This document shows positions 19,622-29,432 of a DNA stretch of 44,354 nucleotides, piece by piece. A program made the translations under genes and the position numbers. The stretch lies in contig JAHYJF010000001.1 in the NCBI GenBank assembly GCA_019428955.1, positions 1-44,354 on the forward strand, given 5' to 3'. This DNA is from Burkholderiaceae bacterium (lineage in GTDB: Bacteria > Pseudomonadota > Gammaproteobacteria > Burkholderiales > Burkholderiaceae_E). Positions within the stretch are counted from its first letter, which is position 1. Each line of letters begins with the position of its first letter. The notes beneath the pieces were generated by a model. The model worked only from the letters and a program-made list of their open reading frames with translations. It did no database searches and was not told the DNA's origin.

Positions 19622-20523
19622 CGCTCACCCCGCATGATGCGCACGAACACGTCCTCCAGGTCGGTGTGCAGCACCTCGAGTTCCTCGATCAGGCACCCTG
19701 CCAGGCGCAGCTCGGCGAGCGTCGGCTCGAGATCATCGTAGCGCGCCAGCGGCAGCGCCACCCGGTCAGGCAGCGGATACTCGACCCGCAGCGCGGCCAA
19801 CCGCGGCGGCAATGGCGCACCGCCCAGGCGCAGCACCAGCATGCCACCGGAGAAGCGCTTGATCAGGTCGGCGGTGGGCTCGAGTGCCACCATGGCGCCG
19901 TTCTGGAGCATGGCCACGCGCTCGCACAGCTCCTGCGCTTCCTCGAGGTAGTGGGTGGTGAGCACGATCGTGTGCCCCTCGCGGTTGAGCCGGCGCACGA
20001 AGCGCCAAAGCGCCTGGCGCAACTCGACATCGACCCCGGCGGTGGGCTCGTCGAGCACGATCACCGGCGGGCGGTGCACGAGGGCCTGCGCCACCAGCAC
20101 CCGGCGTTTCATGCCGCCGGAGAGGCTGCGCATATTGGTGTCGGCTTTCGCGCTCAGGTCGAGGTTGGCGAGAATTTCGTCGATCCAGGCGTCGTTGTGG
20201 GCCAGGCCGTAGTAGCCCGAGGTCAGGCGCAGCGTTTCGCGCACGGTGAAGAACGGGTCGAAGACGAGCTCCTGCGGGACCACCCCCAGCGCGCGGCGCG
20301 CCTGGCGATAATCGCGCACGACATCGAAGCCCATCACCCGCGCCTGCCCGGAACTCGCCCGCGCCAGGCCCGAGATGATCGAGATCAGGGTCGTCTTGCC
20401 GGCGCCGTTGGGGCCGAGCAGGCCAAAGAACTCGCCCTCGCGAACCTGCAGAGTGATGTCATCGAGGGCGCGCACCTCGCCGTAATTCTTGCTGAGCGCG
20501 ACCAGGTCAAGGGCCATGGACAT
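19618..20523 (-). CDS. ABC transporter ATP-binding protein (partner of the ABC-2 permease)
   Basis: Walker A GPNGAGKTT, signature LSGGMKRRV, Walker B VIVLDEPTAG. Confidence 0.92.
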   Translation of the reverse strand: MSMALDLVALSKNYGEVRALDDITLQVREGEFFGLLGPNGAGKTTLISIISGLARASSGQARVMGFDVVRDYRQARRALGVVPQELVFDPFFTVRETLRLTSGYYGLAHNDAWIDEILANLDLSAKADTNMRSLSGGMKRRVLVAQALVHRPPVIVLDEPTAGVDVELRQALWRFVRRLNREGHTIVLTTHYLEEAQELCERVAMLQNGAMVALEPTADLIKRFSGGMLVLRLGGAPLPPRLAALRVEYPLPDRVALPLARYDDLEPTLAELRLAGCLIEELEVLHTDLEDVFVRIMRGER

Positions 20524-20555
20524 GGACTGGGGCTGTGGTGCTCGGGCGGGTCGGC

Positions 20556-20861
20556 TCAGGCCGGAGCGAAAATCAGTTCAGCCACTCCGTAGAGGTCGGC
20601 GAGCGCGCGCAACTGCGCCGGGGGATTGACAAACCGCGCTGTCAACGGCGGGGAACAGGCCGCCGCGCTGCGGGCTGCAGCCACCAGGGCCCCGACCCCG
20701 GCCGAATCGAACGCCGTCAGGCCGCCCAGATCGACCGAGCCCTCACCGCCCGCCAATCCGGCGCGATAGGCGGCAAGAAAACTTCCGGCCTCGGCAAAAG
20801 TCAGCCGCTCAGGCGCCGCCGCGAAGCGCGCCTGCCCTGCATCACCGAGCGTGTTCGTCAT
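20556..20861 (-). CDS. mlaB: STAS-domain protein, MlaB-like
   Basis: 101-aa protein at the end of the mla cluster. ...VDLGGLTAFDSAGVGALVA... resembles an anti-sigma-antagonist/STAS fold. Confidence 0.7.
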   Translation of the reverse strand: MTNTLGDAGQARFAAAPERLTFAEAGSFLAAYRAGLAGGEGSVDLGGLTAFDSAGVGALVAAARSAAACSPPLTARFVNPPAQLRALADLYGVAELIFAPA

Positions 20862-20883
20862 CGCAATCCGGTGCCTCCAGTCG

Positions 20884-21522
20884 CTAGCCTTGGGCGTACT
20901 GCTTGTTCTTTTCGCTCAGGCTCTTGAGCAAGCCGTCGACGCCACCGTTATTGAGTTCCTGCGAGAACTGGTTCCGGTAGGTCTCGACCAGCCACACCCC
21001 GAGCACGTTGACATCGTAGATCCTCCAGGCAGTACCGACCTTCTGCATCCGGTAATCGAGCTGGATCGGGGGCCCGCGCCGGCTGACCAGTTCGCTGCGC
21101 ACGATCACCTCCTCGTCGGCCGGATCTGCCCGCAATGGCTTCAGGCGCACGGTCTGGTCGGTGACCTGGCCCAGCGCCCCGGAATAGGTGCGCAGCAGCA
21201 GGATGCGAAATTCGACGATCAGGCGTCGCTGCTGCTCGGGGGTGGCTTCGCGCCAGCCGCGCCCGACCGCCAGCGCGGTCATGCGCTCGAAATTGACGCT
21301 CGGCATGATCGTGGTATCGACGAATTCCGAGACCTTCTTGGGGCTGCCGGCCTGGATGTCCTTGTCCGCCTTGATCCTGTCGATCACGTCGACGCTCAAC
21401 TTGCGGATCAGCTCGTCGGGCGCTTCGGCCTGCGCCGCGCGCAGCGGTGCCGCGATCAGCAGTGCACCACCCAGCGCCAGGCACAGTGCCGCCAGCCGGG
21501 AATTCTTGAAGAAGTTCATCAT
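20884..21522 (-). CDS. mlaC: Periplasmic phospholipid-binding protein MlaC (Tgt2/MlaC family)
   Basis: Signal peptide MMNFFKNSRLAALCLALGGALLIAAPLRAAQA followed by a MlaC-like body. The ORF-track start at 21732 extends into mlaA and is rejected. Confidence 0.85.
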   Translation of the reverse strand: MMNFFKNSRLAALCLALGGALLIAAPLRAAQAEAPDELIRKLSVDVIDRIKADKDIQAGSPKKVSEFVDTTIMPSVNFERMTALAVGRGWREATPEQQRRLIVEFRILLLRTYSGALGQVTDQTVRLKPLRADPADEEVIVRSELVSRRGPPIQLDYRMQKVGTAWRIYDVNVLGVWLVETYRNQFSQELNNGGVDGLLKSLSEKNKQYAQG

Positions 21523-21613
21523 TGCAGGTCTTGATTCCATTGTTGAATTCATTGCCACCATCGAATCAACGCCGTGGCCGGCGAATCCGATGACACCGCC
21601 ACTCGCTGGCGGC

Positions 21614-22366
21614 CTATTCCCCGTAGGGCGAATTGCCCTCGTAAACGAGGTAGCGGCGGCGCTGCAGATAGCTGTCGCGCACGAACAGGTAGCGATCAAG
21701 CGCGGCAGCGTCGAGCATCTTCTCGGTGGCAAGAAGACCTTCGCGGGCGTCGATCAGGCGCAGCGCCGTAAGATTGTTGCGCTGACCGGTGCTGTCGATG
21801 GTCTGAAGCGGATCGGTCTGGTATTGCACGGCAAAACCGATGCCGTCACGCAAGGTGGACGGGCCGAACAACGGCAGCACGACATAGGGCCCTGGCAGAG
21901 CGCCCCAGCGGCCCAGCGTCAGGCCGAGGTCCTCGTAGTGCTTCTCCAGCCCCAAGTCGGTGGCGACGTCGAACAGCCCGAATATGCCCACGGTACTGTT
22001 GAGCGCGACCCTCCCGAGATCGGAGGCGCCGTCGCGGAACCGGCCCTGGAGCAGGTTGTTGAGCGACACCCAGACGTCACCGATGTTGGCAAAGACATTG
22101 CCGATCATAACCCGCCCGGTCTCGGGAACGACCTTCTGGTAGGCGATGGCAACCGGCTTGAGCACGGCCTTGTCGAGCGCATCGTTGAAACCGAACATCG
22201 CCCGGTTATAGGGCTCGAGCGGGTCAACCTGCCCGAGCGCACTGAACACCCCGCCGCTGTCCGAGGGGGCGCGCGTGGTGGCGCAGCCGCCGGCGGCGAG
22301 CGCTGCCACGACCAAGACCATTACCGCCGAGATTGAACGCCACCCGGAACGGCCCCTGGAATTCAA
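21614..22366 (-). CDS. mlaA: Outer-membrane lipoprotein MlaA/VacJ
   Basis: Lipobox LAAGGC after a basic n-region, plus DPLEPYNRAMFGFN and other VacJ motifs. TTG start preceded by GGAAGGAGG, in a TTGA overlap with mlaD. Confidence 0.9.
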   Translation of the reverse strand: MNSRGRSGWRSISAVMVLVVAALAAGGCATTRAPSDSGGVFSALGQVDPLEPYNRAMFGFNDALDKAVLKPVAIAYQKVVPETGRVMIGNVFANIGDVWVSLNNLLQGRFRDGASDLGRVALNSTVGIFGLFDVATDLGLEKHYEDLGLTLGRWGALPGPYVVLPLFGPSTLRDGIGFAVQYQTDPLQTIDSTGQRNNLTALRLIDAREGLLATEKMLDAAALDRYLFVRDSYLQRRRYLVYEGNSPYGE

Positions 22367-22830
22367 TTGGAGCCTCCTTCCGCTGCCTTCCCATAGAGGA
22401 ACTGGCCAATCAGGTTCTCCAGCACGATCGCCGACTGGGTCATGGTGATGCGATCGCCTGCCTTGAGGCTGGCAACGTCACCGCCGGCTTCCAGCCCGAT
22501 GTACTGCTCGCCCAGCAGGCCCGAGGTGAGGATCTTGGCCGACGAATCCTTGGGAAACGAATAGCGCGGGTCAAGCTCTATGGTGACGCTGGCCCGGAAG
22601 CGCTTGTCGTCGAAATTGATCGCGCTCACCCGCCCGACCACCACCCCGGCACTCTTTACCGGCGCCCGCACCTTGAGGCCGCCAATGTTATCGAACAGCG
22701 CCTGGACCTCGTAGCCCTTGGTGAACGTGAAGCTGGCGAGGTTGCCGGCCTTGAGTGCCAGGAAGAGCAGCGCCGCGAAGCCAAGCACTACGAACAAACC
22801 CACCAATGTATCGGTCGTCTTTCGATTCAT
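22363..22830 (-). CDS. mlaD: MCE-domain protein MlaD
   Basis: N-terminal transmembrane segment (LVGLFVVLGFAALLFLALK) followed by an MCE domain. Confidence 0.92.
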   Translation of the reverse strand: MNRKTTDTLVGLFVVLGFAALLFLALKAGNLASFTFTKGYEVQALFDNIGGLKVRAPVKSAGVVVGRVSAINFDDKRFRASVTIELDPRYSFPKDSSAKILTSGLLGEQYIGLEAGGDVASLKAGDRITMTQSAIVLENLIGQFLYGKAAEGGSN

Positions 22831-22852
22831 GATCTTGTGAATCCTTTCCGGC

Positions 22853-23635
22853 TCAGGTGCCGAACATCATCGCGGTGAGCAGGAAGTCGAACCCCAGCAC
22901 CGCCAGTGACGACGCCACCACGGTCGTCGTAGTCGCCCGCGCGACTCCCTCAGGAGTTGGCTTGGCCTCATAGCCCACAAACAGCGCCGTGAAGCCGCAG
23001 ATGAATCCGAACACGACGCTCTTGATGACGCCGTTGCCGACGTCGGAGAAGACTTCCACGCCATTTTGCATCTGCGACCAGAACGCGCCGGAGTCCACTC
23101 CAATGAGCTGCACTCCGACAAGGTAACCGCCAAGCACGCCGACCGCCGAAAACAACGCTGCCAACAGTGGCATAGCAACCAGCACCGCAACGAAGCGCGG
23201 CGCCAACACCCGGGCCAGGGGATCGACGGCCATCATTTCCATCGCGTCGAGCTGTTCGCCCGACTTCATCAGCCCGATCTCGGCGGTCAGCGAAGTTCCG
23301 GCGCGCCCGGCAAAGAGCAGTGCGGCCACGACCGGTCCGAGTTCGCGCACCAGCGACAATGCCACCAGCAGTCCCAGGGCCTGCTCTGAACCGTAGCGCT
23401 GCAGCGTGTAGTAGCCCTGCAATCCAAGCACGAAGCCGACGAACAGACCGGAGACCAAAATGATCGGCAGCGAGTAGTTGGCGACGAAATGGATCTGGTC
23501 AATTATCAGCCGGGGACGGCGCAGCGCGCCAACCGCGAGCACGCACAGTCGCACGAAGAAGCGCGCCGCCAGTCCGGCGGTCGTCAGGATTTCCCGCGCC
23601 GCCGCGCCCATGCTTTCGAGTCGCTTGGCAACCAT
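22853..23635 (-). CDS. mlaE: Phospholipid ABC transporter permease MlaE
   Basis: 260-aa polytopic protein with ...REL.PV..A....GR.G...TAE.G.M.... 1-nt overlap with the mlaF stop. Confidence 0.93.
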   Translation of the reverse strand: MVAKRLESMGAAAREILTTAGLAARFFVRLCVLAVGALRRPRLIIDQIHFVANYSLPIILVSGLFVGFVLGLQGYYTLQRYGSEQALGLLVALSLVRELGPVVAALLFAGRAGTSLTAEIGLMKSGEQLDAMEMMAVDPLARVLAPRFVAVLVAMPLLAALFSAVGVLGGYLVGVQLIGVDSGAFWSQMQNGVEVFSDVGNGVIKSVVFGFICGFTALFVGYEAKPTPEGVARATTTTVVASSLAVLGFDFLLTAMMFGT

Positions 23636-24477
23636 CAGCGCAGCCCCAGGTCACTGGCCAGTTGCGGCGCCGGATAGTGGAATGCCACCGGACCGTCCCG
23701 GCGGCCATGCAGGAACTGGAGCACACGCTGATCTTCCGAAGCCCAGAGTTGTTCCGGGGTGCCATGACCCAGAACCTCGCCGTCACCGAGCATGTAGACG
23801 TAGTCGGCGATCTCGAAGGACTCGGCAACGTCGTGGCTGACCAGCACGGTGGTCGCCCCGAGCGCATCGTTGAGCCGCCGGATCAGTTGCGCAATCGTTC
23901 CCAGCGAGATCGGATCGAGCCCGGCGAACGGCTCGTCGTAAAGCAGCAGCGGCGGATCGAGCACTATGGCCCTGGCCAGCGCCACCCGCCGTGCCATTCC
24001 CCCCGATATTTCAGCCGGCATCAGGTGCGCGGCACCCCGCAGCCCGACCGCCTCGAGCTTGAGCAACACCAGGTCCCGAATCAGCTCCTCGGGCAACGAG
24101 GTGTGTTCGCGCAGCGGAAAGGCGACGTTCTCGAAAATGCTCAGGTCGGTGAACAGCGCGCCGAACTGGAACAGCATGCCCATGCGCCGGCGCAGCGCAT
24201 AGAGCTCGTCGCGTCCGAGCAGGGGAATGTCGTGGCCGTCGAACACCACGCGGCCGCTCGCCGGCAGCAGTTGTCCACCGATGAGGCGCAACAGCGTCGT
24301 CTTGCCACAACCGGACCCCCCCATCAAGGCCGTGACCGAGCCCCGCCGGAACCGTGCGGAAACGTCGTGGAGAATGATCCGTTCGCCATACCCAAAACGA
24401 ACCTTGTCCAGGAACAGGAAGTCGCCTTCGTCCACTCCGGGGTCATTCGCGGTGGCGATGATGCCGTAATCTTGCAT
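23635..24477 (-). CDS. mlaF: Phospholipid ABC transporter ATPase MlaF
   Basis: Walker A GGSGCGKTT, signature ISGGMARRVALARA, Walker B LLLYDEPFAGLDP. I chose the ATG at 24477 over the ORF-track start at 24543. Confidence 0.92.
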   Translation of the reverse strand: MQDYGIIATANDPGVDEGDFLFLDKVRFGYGERIILHDVSARFRRGSVTALMGGSGCGKTTLLRLIGGQLLPASGRVVFDGHDIPLLGRDELYALRRRMGMLFQFGALFTDLSIFENVAFPLREHTSLPEELIRDLVLLKLEAVGLRGAAHLMPAEISGGMARRVALARAIVLDPPLLLYDEPFAGLDPISLGTIAQLIRRLNDALGATTVLVSHDVAESFEIADYVYMLGDGEVLGHGTPEQLWASEDQRVLQFLHGRRDGPVAFHYPAPQLASDLGLR

Positions 24478-24566
24478 GAGGTGTCGATTGTATCCGTGCC
24501 AAACCGAGATTGCCCGCATACCCTCGTGGGTATATAGCAGCACCCTTTCCCTTTGCCTCTCCCGGT

Positions 24567-26564
24567 CTAACCGCCGCCCAGCAGCCTGGCCTCGGCGGCG
24601 CCGATCTGGTCGACCGTGCCCGAGAGTACGACGGTATCACCGACCTCGAGCACCAGTTCCGGCGGTGGCGTGAGCAGCCGGCCCCGGGCTCCCACTACTG
24701 CGGTGATCAGGGCGCCATTGAGCTTGATCTCGCCGAGCGCGCGCCCGATCGCGGCGCTGTCGGCCATCAGGCCAACGGCGTGGAGGTGCAGATGCTCCTT
24801 TTCAATCGATTCGTGCTCGTGGTCGTCGGCGCCGTGAAAGAAGCCCCGCAGGATCGCGTAGCGTTCGTGGCGCACCGTGCTCAGCCGCTGCATCACCCTG
24901 CCGGCCGGGATCCCCGCCAGAGCCAGGGCGTGCGAGGCCAGCATCAGGCTGCCCTCTGCAATCTCCGGTACCACCTCGGTGGCCCCGGCCGCGCGCAAGA
25001 GTACGATGTCACTCTCGCTGGCAGCGCGGACCAGCACCGGCAAATGCGGCGCCAGGTCGCCCACCACCGCCAGGAGCTTGAGGGAATCAGGCCCCTCGCC
25101 AAAGGTGATGACCAGGGCGCGCGCCCGGTGCACCCCGGCGGCCACCAGGGCATCGCGCCGAGTTGCGTCGGCGTAGACCACCGATTCCCCCGCAGCGGCG
25201 GCCTCGCGCACCCGGTCGTAATCGAGGTCCAGCGCGACATAGGGAACCTTCTCGGCCTCGAGCACATGGGCCAGGCCCTGCCCCGAACGCCCGTAGCCGG
25301 CGATCAACACGTGCTTGCTGCGGGCCAGGCTGGCGGTCGCGATCTTCTGAATCTGCAGTGAGCGTTGAAGCCACTCCTGGGCGGTGGTTCGCAACGCAAT
25401 GCGGTTGGCCTGGGCGATCAACAGCGGGCTGACCATCAGTGACAGCAGCATCGCGGCCAGCGCCGGCTGGACCGCCTCGCTGCCCAGCAGCGTGGCGCCG
25501 AGCGCCTGCGCGATCAGCACGAAACCAAACTCGCCGGCCTGCGCCAGCCAGATGCCGGTGCGCACCGCCACCCCCGGTGTGCCGCCGAAGCCGCGCGCCA
25601 GGCCAGCCACCAGGAAGAACTTGGCGATCACCGGCAGGGTCATCAGCAGCAGCACCTGTTCCCAGGATTGCAGCACCACCCGCAAGTTCAACTGCATGCC
25701 GATCGTGATGAAGAACAGCCCCAGAAGCACATCGCGGTAGGGCTTGATGTCCTCCTCGACCTGGTAACGGAACTCGGTCTCGGCGATCAGCATCCCAGCC
25801 ACGAAGGCCCCCAGTTCCATCGACAACCCGACCTTCTTGGTCAGCCAGGCGAAGAACAGCGTCGCCAGCAACACGTTGAGGGTGAACAGTTCGTGGGACC
25901 GCTGCCGCGCCACCATGCGGAACCAGCGGCGCATCAACGGAGGGCCGAAACGCAGCAGCAGCACCAGCAGGATCGTGGCCTTGACCACTGCCAGCAGCAT
26001 CCCGTACCACCAGTCGTCACCCCCGGCCAAGGCCGGGATCAGGATCAGCAGCGGGATCACCGCCAGATCCTGGAACAACAGCACGCTGAACACCCGCTTG
26101 CCGTGCTCGGTCTCCAGTTCGCGCCGCTCAACGAGCAACTTGATCACCAGCGCGGTCGAGGACATCGCCACCGCGCCACCCAGCGCCACCGCACCGCGCC
26201 AGTCGATCCCGCCCGGAAACAGCCAGTTCCCGGCGGCCGCCGGCAACACCAGCAGCGCGATGACCGTCAGCACCAGCGTCGACCCGACTTGGGCCGCGCC
26301 CAGCCCGAACACGTGCCGGCGCAAGGTCAGCAGCTTGGGCAGGCTGAACTCCAGCCCGAGCGAGAACATCAGGAAGACCACCCCGATCTCGGCCAGTGCG
26401 CGCACCGCTTTGGTGTTGGCCGCCAGGTCAGCAGCGTGGGGGCCGAGCAGCACCCCGACGGCCAGGTACGCCACCAGGGGCGGCAGCCCAAGCGCTCGCA
26501 AGGCGACCACGGCGACGACCGCGGCGCTCAGAAGAATCAGTGTGAGCTCCAGTGCTGATAGCAT
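24567..26564 (-). CDS. CPA2-family monovalent cation:proton antiporter with C-terminal RCK (TrkA-N/TrkA-C) domains, KefB/YbaL-like
   Basis: About 12 hydrophobic segments, then a Rossmann-type GYGRSGQ motif and a TrkA-C-like tail. Start is the ATG at 26564 (MLSALELTLILL...). The 91-codon upstream extension in the ORF track overlaps kdsD and is rejected. Confidence 0.88.
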   Translation of the reverse strand: MLSALELTLILLSAAVVAVVALRALGLPPLVAYLAVGVLLGPHAADLAANTKAVRALAEIGVVFLMFSLGLEFSLPKLLTLRRHVFGLGAAQVGSTLVLTVIALLVLPAAAGNWLFPGGIDWRGAVALGGAVAMSSTALVIKLLVERRELETEHGKRVFSVLLFQDLAVIPLLILIPALAGGDDWWYGMLLAVVKATILLVLLLRFGPPLMRRWFRMVARQRSHELFTLNVLLATLFFAWLTKKVGLSMELGAFVAGMLIAETEFRYQVEEDIKPYRDVLLGLFFITIGMQLNLRVVLQSWEQVLLLMTLPVIAKFFLVAGLARGFGGTPGVAVRTGIWLAQAGEFGFVLIAQALGATLLGSEAVQPALAAMLLSLMVSPLLIAQANRIALRTTAQEWLQRSLQIQKIATASLARSKHVLIAGYGRSGQGLAHVLEAEKVPYVALDLDYDRVREAAAAGESVVYADATRRDALVAAGVHRARALVITFGEGPDSLKLLAVVGDLAPHLPVLVRAASESDIVLLRAAGATEVVPEIAEGSLMLASHALALAGIPAGRVMQRLSTVRHERYAILRGFFHGADDHEHESIEKEHLHLHAVGLMADSAAIGRALGEIKLNGALITAVVGARGRLLTPPPELVLEVGDTVVLSGTVDQIGAAEARLLGGG

Positions 26565-26607
26565 GATTGGCGTGGAAGATTGACCTTGCGTATATATACT
26601 CGACGCC

Positions 26608-27600
26608 GTGAACAAAATCATTACAGATGTGGATATTGAAGCTCTGCTCTCGCGTGCGGTCACGGTGCTGCGCATCGAATCCGATGCCGTGGCGGCACTA
26701 GCCAGCCGGATCGACTCGTCATTTGCCGACGCCTGCCGGCTTATTCTGGGCTGTACCGGCCGGGTTGTGGTCAGCGGGATCGGCAAATCCGGCCACATCG
26801 CCCGCAAGATCGCGGCAACGCTGGCCTCGACCGGCACCCCGGCTTTCTTCGTCCATGCCGGCGAAGCGAGTCACGGCGACCTCGGCATGGTTACCAGCAA
26901 AGACGTCGTGATCGCCCTGTCCAATTCCGGCGCTACCGCCGAGTTGGTCAACATAGTGCCGCTGATCAAGCGCTCGGGAGCGCGGCTGGTGGCGGTCACC
27001 GGCAATCCAGGCTCCGAACTGGCCCGGCTGGCCGATGTCCACCTCAACGCGGCAGTCGATCGCGAGGCCTGCCCGCTGAACCTTGCCCCGACCGCCAGCA
27101 CGACGGCGATGCTGGCGCTCGGCGACGCTCTTGCCGTGGCATTGCTCGAGGCGCGCGGCTTCGGACCCGACGACTTCGCGCTGTCGCATCCCGGAGGTGC
27201 GCTGGGACGCGCCCTGCTCACCCATGTCAGCGACGTCATGCGCAGCGGCGCCAACCTCCCGGTGGTGGCGTCGGATGCGCGGCTGGTCGAGGCGGTGCTG
27301 GAGATCACCCGCAAGCGCATGGGCATGACGGCGGTGCTCGACGACGCCGGGCAGCTGGCGGGCATCTTCACCGACGGTGACCTGCGCCGCTTCCTCGAGC
27401 ACGGCGACGACCCCCGCACCGCGACGGTCGGCGCGGTGATGAGTCGCCATCCGGTGACCATCGAAGCCGATGCCCTGGCGGCGGAGGCCGTGCGCCGGAT
27501 GGAGGAGCGGCTGGTGAGCCAGCTGCTGGTGGTCGACGGCCAGGGCAAACTGGTCGGCGCACTGCACATCCACGATCTGTTGAGCGCCAAGGTCGTCTGA
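26608..27600 (+). CDS. kdsD: Arabinose-5-phosphate isomerase (SIS domain plus tandem CBS domains)
   Basis: GRVVVSGIGKSGHIARKIAATLASTGTPAFFVH..EA.HGDLGM, then two CBS repeats. GTG start. Confidence 0.93.
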   Translation: MNKIITDVDIEALLSRAVTVLRIESDAVAALASRIDSSFADACRLILGCTGRVVVSGIGKSGHIARKIAATLASTGTPAFFVHAGEASHGDLGMVTSKDVVIALSNSGATAELVNIVPLIKRSGARLVAVTGNPGSELARLADVHLNAAVDREACPLNLAPTASTTAMLALGDALAVALLEARGFGPDDFALSHPGGALGRALLTHVSDVMRSGANLPVVASDARLVEAVLEITRKRMGMTAVLDDAGQLAGIFTDGDLRRFLEHGDDPRTATVGAVMSRHPVTIEADALAAEAVRRMEERLVSQLLVVDGQGKLVGALHIHDLLSAKVV

Positions 27601-28175
27601 TGAGCACGACCACGACGCCCAACCTGGCTGAGGCCGAACGCCGCGCCGCAACGCTCGGCCTGCTCGGTTTCGACGTCGACGGCACCCTGACCGATGGCCG
27701 GATCTACATCGGACCGACCGGCGAGGCGATGAAGGCGTTCTCGGTGCGCGATGGCTTCGGGCTGAACCTGCTGCGGCGGGCCGGAATCAGGATCGCGATC
27801 GTCACCGCGCGCGAGTCGGCCATCGTCGCGCTGCGCGCTGCCGAGCTCGGTTTCGATGCGGTGATCCAGGGCGCCCGCGACAAGGCCGCAACCATGCGCG
27901 AGCTGGGAGAGCGTTTTGGCGTGCCGATGGCCCACTGCGGCTTCGTCGGCGACGACTGGCCGGACCTCGCGGCCATGACCCAGGCGGGCTTTCGCGCAAC
28001 CGTCGCCGGGGCACCGGCCGAGATCCGGGCCCGGGCACACTGGGTCTCGACCCTGGCGCCAGGCGCGGGAGCGGTGCGCGAACTGGCCGAATTCGTGCTC
28101 CGCGCCAAGGGCCAATGGGACGAGCTGTTGCTCAGTTTCGGAGCGCCACCGGCGCCGGGGAGCCGATCGCCATGA
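27600..28175 (+). CDS. kdsC: 3-deoxy-D-manno-octulosonate 8-phosphate phosphatase (HAD family)
   Basis: LLGFDVDGTLTDGRIY ... FSVRDGFGL ... VGDDWPDL. 1-nt TGATG overlap with kdsD. Confidence 0.92.
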   Translation: MSTTTTPNLAEAERRAATLGLLGFDVDGTLTDGRIYIGPTGEAMKAFSVRDGFGLNLLRRAGIRIAIVTARESAIVALRAAELGFDAVIQGARDKAATMRELGERFGVPMAHCGFVGDDWPDLAAMTQAGFRATVAGAPAEIRARAHWVSTLAPGAGAVRELAEFVLRAKGQWDELLLSFGAPPAPGSRSP

Positions 28176-28768
28176 AGGGCCGCACCGAGGACCGGCTGGC
28201 CGCGGCGGTGTCGATAGTACTGCTGCTGATCCTCGCTGGCGGGAGTTATTTCCTGGCCGAATTCGCCACCGACCGAGGCGCTCTGTCGGGCACGCGCAGG
28301 ATCACCCATGAACCCGACTACTTTGTCGACGGACTCGTTCTTACCAAGGTCAATGAACGCGGCGAGCCAGCCTTCCGCCTGTCGGCCGAACGCATGGTTC
28401 ATTACCCCGACGACGGGCGCAGCGAATTCACCCAGCCCCGGATGGTGAGCCTGGACAGCACCCGAGCGCAGGTCGAACTGCGGGCGAGAACCGGCAGTAC
28501 CGACGCCCGGGGCGACGAGACCGAGCTGAGTGACGGGGTGGTGCTGGTGCGCCACGGCGGCGGAGCCGACCCCGACCTGGTGGTCAAGACCGAGGCGCTC
28601 GTGCTCTCGACCAAGTCGGAGATCGCCCACACCAGCCATCGCGTCGAGATCAAGCATGGCACCACCAGCTTGACGGGCGTTGGGATGGAATTCGATAATG
28701 CAACGCGCCACCTCCGGCTCGAATCAAGAGTGCGCGGCTCCTGGCAGCCCGCTCAACCCCCGAGCTAA
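28172..28768 (+). CDS. lptC: LPS export system protein LptC
   Basis: ATG at 28172 in an ATGA overlap with kdsC, an N-terminal transmembrane anchor (AAAVSIVLLLILAGGSYFLA), then a beta-rich periplasmic domain. The position between kdsC and lptA supports the call. Confidence 0.85.
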   Translation: MKGRTEDRLAAAVSIVLLLILAGGSYFLAEFATDRGALSGTRRITHEPDYFVDGLVLTKVNERGEPAFRLSAERMVHYPDDGRSEFTQPRMVSLDSTRAQVELRARTGSTDARGDETELSDGVVLVRHGGGADPDLVVKTEALVLSTKSEIAHTSHRVEIKHGTTSLTGVGMEFDNATRHLRLESRVRGSWQPAQPPS

Positions 28769-28772
28769 GCCC

Positions 28773-29432
28773 ATGCCCGCGCCCCCCATGCCCGCACCCT
28801 ACATCCTGCGCATATTCGCCGCTACCGCACTGATTGCGGTCTCGGCCGGGATGCCGGCGTTCGCCGAGCGTGCCGATCGCGACAAGCCGCTGCAGATCGA
28901 GTCCGACCGGCTGTCATACGACGAGTCCAAGCAGGTTGCGACCTTCACCGGCAACGTCATCGCCACCAAGGGCACGATCACGATTCGCGGCAACGCCATG
29001 GTCCTGCACCAGGATGCGACCGGGAACCAGCGGGGCATGACCTCCGGCAACCCGGCGACCTTCCGCCAGAAACGCGAAGGCCTCGAGGAGTTCATCGAGG
29101 GCTCAGGTCAGGAAGTCGACTATGACGCCAGGAGCGAAGTGGTCCAGGTGCGCACCGGCGCGGTCTTGCGCAAGCTTACCCAGGGCCGCGTCACCGAGGA
29201 GGTCTACGGTCAGTTGATCGTCTACGACGGCAAGAACGATTCGTATACCGTCGACGGCTCCGGGGCCAAGGTGCCCAGTGGCGTCAATCCTGGCGGACGG
29301 GTCCGGATCGTGATCCAGCCCAAGCCGGCGACGGCCCGGCCAGGCGCACAGCCGAGCGCACCGGCGAGCGCGCCGCTCGAGCTCAAGCCTGCGGGCTCGC
29401 TCTCGAAACCGCAGCCAGCCGAGTCGCGTTGA
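28773..29432 (+). CDS. lptA: LPS transport periplasmic protein LptA
   Basis: Signal peptide ending AFA, then ERADRDKPLQIESDRLSYDESKQVATFTGNV..., an OstA-like N-terminal domain. The start could also be the ATG at 28788. Confidence 0.88.
   Translation: MPAPPMPAPYILRIFAATALIAVSAGMPAFAERADRDKPLQIESDRLSYDESKQVATFTGNVIATKGTITIRGNAMVLHQDATGNQRGMTSGNPATFRQKREGLEEFIEGSGQEVDYDARSEVVQVRTGAVLRKLTQGRVTEEVYGQLIVYDGKNDSYTVDGSGAKVPSGVNPGGRVRIVIQPKPATARPGAQPSAPASAPLELKPAGSLSKPQPAESR

Noticed and set aside
21523-21732. 70-codon N-terminal extension of the mlaC ORF
   Set aside because: It runs into the 3' end of mlaA. A canonical signal peptide begins at the ATG at 21522/21519.
26565-26837. 91-codon N-terminal extension of the CPA2 antiporter ORF
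   Set aside because: It crosses the divergent promoter and overlaps the kdsD coding region. The first transmembrane helix begins right after the ATG at 26564.
26719-28711. Three long minus-strand ORFs (310, 414 and 335 aa) over kdsD, kdsC and lptC
   Set aside because: All three are antisense to, or in alternate frames of, conserved LPS genes. Their Arg/Ala/Pro/Gly bias indicates non-coding frames.
28771-28800. Short direct repeat ccatgcccgc(g/a)cc x2 (PMPAPPMPAP)
   Set aside because: It is a 15-nt tandem duplication at the LptA N-terminus, upstream of the signal peptide. It only creates start-codon ambiguity and is not a repeat element.
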